Shown here: piece by piece, positions 60,329-64,000 of the stretch
How positions within the stretch are numbered: position 1 is the stretch's first letter
How the letters are laid out: each line of letters opens with the position of its first letter
Source of the DNA: Bryobacterales bacterium
GTDB taxonomy: Bacteria > Acidobacteriota > Terriglobia > Bryobacterales > UBA6623
Direction of reading: 5' to 3'
DNA length: 64,000 nucleotides
Assembly: GCA_963422375.2 (NCBI GenBank)
Contig: CAXXKD010000001.1
Location: forward strand, 32,001-96,000
Notes under the pieces: generated by a model
Database searches by the model: none
Seen by the model: the letters and a program-made list of their open reading frames with translations, nothing else
What the model was told of the DNA's origin: nothing
Position numbers and translations under genes: made by a program

Positions 60329-60458
60329 TCCGCCGCGGCCGGGAAGAGCGGCCGTGCTCGAAACAATTCTAGACGCAACTGTCGCCGCCGCGGGCCCGAC
60401 CCGGCGAGAGGGACGCCGGGCCGGGGGATCGGGCCGCCCGTCCGGTCACCGCGTACGG

Positions 60459-62417
60459 CTAGAGCAGGACCTCGCCCTGCATGCCGAACGGCCTCTGAAG
60501 GCCGAAGAATTGCAGGATCGTCGAGGGCAGGTCCTTGATGTTCGGAGCACGGCTCCGGATCGGGCGGCTGCTGAACAGGCAGCCCGGCACCAGGTCCCGG
60601 GCCATCGAGTGGTCGCCGGCCCATGCCCACGGATTGATGTCGAGAATCGTCCCGCCGCTGCCGCCCAGGACCGATTCCGCCGACGAGCGGTACCCGGGCG
60701 TGTAGCCCACCAGCAGTTCGGGCATGTCGGGGGTGAACTCCCCGGAGTACAGCTCGGCGCGGCGGTACAAGCGATGCACCGGCCGCTCGCCCGTTTCCGG
60801 GTCGCGGATCGCCGCCAGCTCGCCTGCGACGCGCTCCGACACCCGCGCCGCCTCGTCATCGCTGAGGATTCCTTGGCCCTCGCGCCCGGCGCGGTTCATG
60901 TAGAGGCCGTTGAACCCGATCGCGTACGCGGCGGACTTGGACCAGTCGATGTCGGACAGCGCCGCCTTCGGCTTGCCGCGCGCCTCTTCCTTCACGACCA
61001 GGTAGCCCTCCCGGCGCAGCCAGGAATTGAGATGGAACTGCCTGCCGAACGGGGCGAAGCCGTGGTCCGAGCAGACCAGGACCAGCGTGTCGTCGTCCGC
61101 GGCGGGAAGCACCCGGCCGACCAGGCCGTCCATCCGCTCGTACAGGTGGTGGATGAAGCCCGAGAACCGGACGTCGCTGGCGCCGTGCATCGGGTGGCTC
61201 TCGTCCATGTTGCGCCACAGCATGTGCGTGTCTTGGTCCGTGCTCGAGACGTAGAAGAAGAAGAAGCCTTCCCTGAACCGCTCCCATTCGTACTCGAACA
61301 GCCTCAGGCGGTCTTCCAGGATCAACTCCGCCTGCTTGACGTACGCCTCGTCGTCTAGAACGCGGTAATCCAGCGCCTTGGTGTCGGACGGGAGGCCCTT
61401 GGTCCAGAACGGGCCGATCTGACTGGCGATCTCACCGCCCACCTCCTCCGGGTACGACACCGGCGCTGCCTGCGCCGACGGGTTGATGTTGATCGGCGTC
61501 ACGTAGAGCTGCAAGTGCGGGTGGGCCTGCTTTAGATAGAAGCGGCAGATGCCCGAGATCCCCACCAGCCAGCCCGCTAGGTCGAATCGCACCTCGACCC
61601 AGTCGCTGTACTCGCCTTGCTGCAGCAGGATGCGTCGGCCTTGGATCTCGACCAGCACGGCCTCGTTGTGCCGGTCCACGTCCACGGCGAAGCGGACGCT
61701 CGTCTCCGCGCCGTCCTTGCGGAGCGAGTTTCGCGGCCCCCGCAGCTCGGTTTCGACGCGGCCCGACGCGGCGACGCGATGGACCAGCCCTCCGGTCAGG
61801 CCGGGATAATCCTCGCCCGGATCGGAGGTGTAGTAGTTGAACCGACCGAAGGAGTCCGTCAGATCCGGCGTCCCCATCCCGCCCAGCGCGCGGGTCGCGG
61901 TGTCATCGACCGGAAAGTTCGTGGGAATCTTGATCACTGTGGACGGGATGCCCGCGTCCGCGAGGTAGGTCCAGAACGGCACGCCCACCCGTCGGTTGAC
62001 CGTGCCCGGTCCGCCCAGCGCGAGTTCGTAGTCCCCGAGAGGGATCGTGCGCGCGGGCGGATGCGCGTCCCAGATCGAGAACCGCGGCTGGTAGGTGCGG
62101 GGGTCGCGCATCGTGAAGTCCGCGATCGTGTGGCTGCCCGGGTCCGTGCCGGTGATGAAGGTGCTCCACGCGACCGGGCTCAGCGCCGGCATCGTCGTGC
62201 CGAGCGGCCGGAACGAGCCCCGCTCCGCCAGCTGGCGGAAATGCGGCGCGCGCCCTGCGTCCATGAGCGCTCCGACGATGCGCGGGTCCAGGCCGTCCAA
62301 TCCCAGCACGACGACCTTGCGTCGGCCCCCAGCCGCGCGACGGGCCCGGCCGCATCCCGACGTGAGGCCGCAGGCGCCGCCTGCCAGCGCGCCTCCGAAG
62401 CTGCGGCGGGTGATCAT
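60459..62417 (-). CDS. Alkaline phosphatase superfamily (phosphodiesterase/NPP-like) Tat lipoprotein
   Basis: TRRSF leader with TSGC; LGLDGLDP, LSPVAWSTFITG, TDQDTH, CSDHGF, AGDH. Confidence 0.87.
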   Translation of the reverse strand: MITRRSFGGALAGGACGLTSGCGRARRAAGGRRKVVVLGLDGLDPRIVGALMDAGRAPHFRQLAERGSFRPLGTTMPALSPVAWSTFITGTDPGSHTIADFTMRDPRTYQPRFSIWDAHPPARTIPLGDYELALGGPGTVNRRVGVPFWTYLADAGIPSTVIKIPTNFPVDDTATRALGGMGTPDLTDSFGRFNYYTSDPGEDYPGLTGGLVHRVAASGRVETELRGPRNSLRKDGAETSVRFAVDVDRHNEAVLVEIQGRRILLQQGEYSDWVEVRFDLAGWLVGISGICRFYLKQAHPHLQLYVTPININPSAQAAPVSYPEEVGGEIASQIGPFWTKGLPSDTKALDYRVLDDEAYVKQAELILEDRLRLFEYEWERFREGFFFFYVSSTDQDTHMLWRNMDESHPMHGASDVRFSGFIHHLYERMDGLVGRVLPAADDDTLVLVCSDHGFAPFGRQFHLNSWLRREGYLVVKEEARGKPKAALSDIDWSKSAAYAIGFNGLYMNRAGREGQGILSDDEAARVSERVAGELAAIRDPETGERPVHRLYRRAELYSGEFTPDMPELLVGYTPGYRSSAESVLGGSGGTILDINPWAWAGDHSMARDLVPGCLFSSRPIRSRAPNIKDLPSTILQFFGLQRPFGMQGEVLL

Positions 62418-62439
62418 CGTCGGTCGGTGGCGGGCCGGG

Positions 62440-63846
62440 CTAGAGGCCCTCCAGGCGCAGGAACTCGCGGGCGTTGCCGAAGCAGAGCCTCTCGACCAGC
62501 CCGCCGACTAGGCCCTCGTCGTCCGGGATTTCGCCGTTCGCCATGTCGCGGCCGAGCAGGTTGCACAGGACGCGCCGGAAGTACTCGTGGCGCGGATACG
62601 ACATGAAGGACCTCGAGTCGGTTAGCATCCCCACGAACTTGGAAAGCAGCCCGACGTTGGACAGGCAGTTCAGCTGCCATTCCATGGCTTCTTTCTGGTC
62701 GAGGTACCACCAGCCCGACCCGAACTGCATCTTGCCCGCGATGACGCCGTCCTGAAAGTTGCCGAGCATCGAGGCGAAGGTGTAGTTGTCGTTCGGGTTG
62801 TTGTTGTAGAGAATCATGCGCGGGAGGGCATTCTCCCGGTCCAGGCGATCTAGATACCGTCCGAGCGAATCGACCTGCGGCCAGTCGCCGATGGAGTCGA
62901 AACCGGTGTCCGGCCCGGCCGCGCGGAACCCGCGCGTCCGGTTGTTGCGGCGCGCGCCCAAGTGCAGCTGCTTGGTCCAGCCCCTGGCCGCGTCGAGACG
63001 GCCGAAGTGGAGCATCATGAAGGCTGCGAACTGCGTGCGCTCGGTTCCGGAAACCGCCTTCCCGGCCCGTGCGGCGTCGAACACAGCCGCGGCGCTGGAC
63101 TCGGCCGGGAAGTCGCCGTAGGCGTGGTCCAGGCCGTGGTCCGAGAGTCGGCAGCCCATCGAGTGGAAGAAGTCGTGCCGCTGCGTCAGGGCGTCGAGGA
63201 AGTCGCGCAGCGAGCGGACCTCGCGATCCGCGGCCGCTGCGAGAGCCGCGATCCACGCGTTGAATTGCTCCGGCCGATCCACCGCGAGGGCCTTGTCCGG
63301 GCGGAACGCCGGATAGACCTTCGTCGCGAGTCCGGACTCGGCCAGCTGCCGGTGATGGACGAGATCGTCGGTGGGGTCGTCCGTGGTGCAAACCGCCCGG
63401 ACGTCGAACCTCCGCAGGATGCCGAACACCCGGAAGTCGCTCGTAGCAAGCCCCTCGTTCGCCAGGTCCCATACCCGCTTCGCATTAGAGCCGTCGAGCA
63501 GTTCGTCGAAGCCGAAGTATCGTTTCAACTCCAAGTGAGTCCAGTGGTACAGCGGGTTGCGGAGCGTCTCCGGGACGGTCCGCGCCCATGCGAGGAACTT
63601 CTCGTACGGGTCCGCGTCACCCGTGCAGAAGGCTTCCCCGACGCCGTTGGCTCGCATGGCGCGCCACTTGTAGTGGTCTCCTTCGAGCCAGATCTCGAAT
63701 AGGTTCCGGAACCGGCGGTTCGACGCCACGTCCGCCGGAGGCAGGTGGCAGTGGTAGTCGATAATCGGCCGCCCCTCGGCGTAGGTGTGGTAGAGCCTCT
63801 TGGCGTGCTCAGTGGTAAGGAGGAAGTCCTCGTGAATAAACGACAT
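62440..63846 (-). CDS. uxaC: Glucuronate (uronate) isomerase
   Basis: IIDYHCHL, WLEGDHYKWRAMR, NPLYHWTHLEL, CTTDDP, GMLTDSRSFMSYPRHEYFRR. ATG 63846 follows GGGAGG. Confidence 0.96.
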   Translation of the reverse strand: MSFIHEDFLLTTEHAKRLYHTYAEGRPIIDYHCHLPPADVASNRRFRNLFEIWLEGDHYKWRAMRANGVGEAFCTGDADPYEKFLAWARTVPETLRNPLYHWTHLELKRYFGFDELLDGSNAKRVWDLANEGLATSDFRVFGILRRFDVRAVCTTDDPTDDLVHHRQLAESGLATKVYPAFRPDKALAVDRPEQFNAWIAALAAAADREVRSLRDFLDALTQRHDFFHSMGCRLSDHGLDHAYGDFPAESSAAAVFDAARAGKAVSGTERTQFAAFMMLHFGRLDAARGWTKQLHLGARRNNRTRGFRAAGPDTGFDSIGDWPQVDSLGRYLDRLDRENALPRMILYNNNPNDNYTFASMLGNFQDGVIAGKMQFGSGWWYLDQKEAMEWQLNCLSNVGLLSKFVGMLTDSRSFMSYPRHEYFRRVLCNLLGRDMANGEIPDDEGLVGGLVERLCFGNAREFLRLEGL

Positions 63847-64000
63847 CCCGTCGCGCTCGACTACCTCCCATGATAGCCGTCCCTCCCGGCTGGTCGGCAT
63901 TGCGCTCCGGGCAGTCGTCGGGGTCGGCGGGTCCGCGCCGCTTGCGAGGGAGGCGGGCATCGGCACCACGATTCGGGCTTGGACGTCCCCGGCAACGCTG

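Overview
GC-rich bacterial window, most consistent with an Acidobacterium (Bryobacterales/Solibacter-like) and possibly a host-associated one such as a sponge symbiont; the taxonomy and habitat are inferred from gene families only. It encodes four carboxypeptidase-regulatory-domain TonB-dependent receptors (two are head-to-head paralogues), three planctomycete-type heme-c modules (DUF1549/1553+DUF1501 twice, DUF1592-type+DUF1552 once), three sulfatases, an FGE-domain protein, an ExuT-like MFS, a GntR regulator, modABC, an S8 protease, bshA, proC, an orphan Dam-type methylase, an alkaline-phosphatase-superfamily lipoprotein and uxaC. Decayed accessory DNA lies between these genes: IS4, ISNCY-like and DUF4338 remnants, a methyltransferase pseudogene split by an IS1595-family element with intact TIRs and an 8-bp TSD, and an AAA+/DUF4143 pseudogene. 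The most unusual structure is at 48.6-51.1 kb. Three 253-bp MITE-like elements sit between CTAGNTAG-type flanks, one is interrupted by an intact IS630, two bracket a truncated NHL-repeat gene, and each carries a tandem NrdR-box-like motif pair. No rRNA, tRNA, CRISPR array or reverse transcriptase was recognised. All family assignments come from motif recognition, not database searches.
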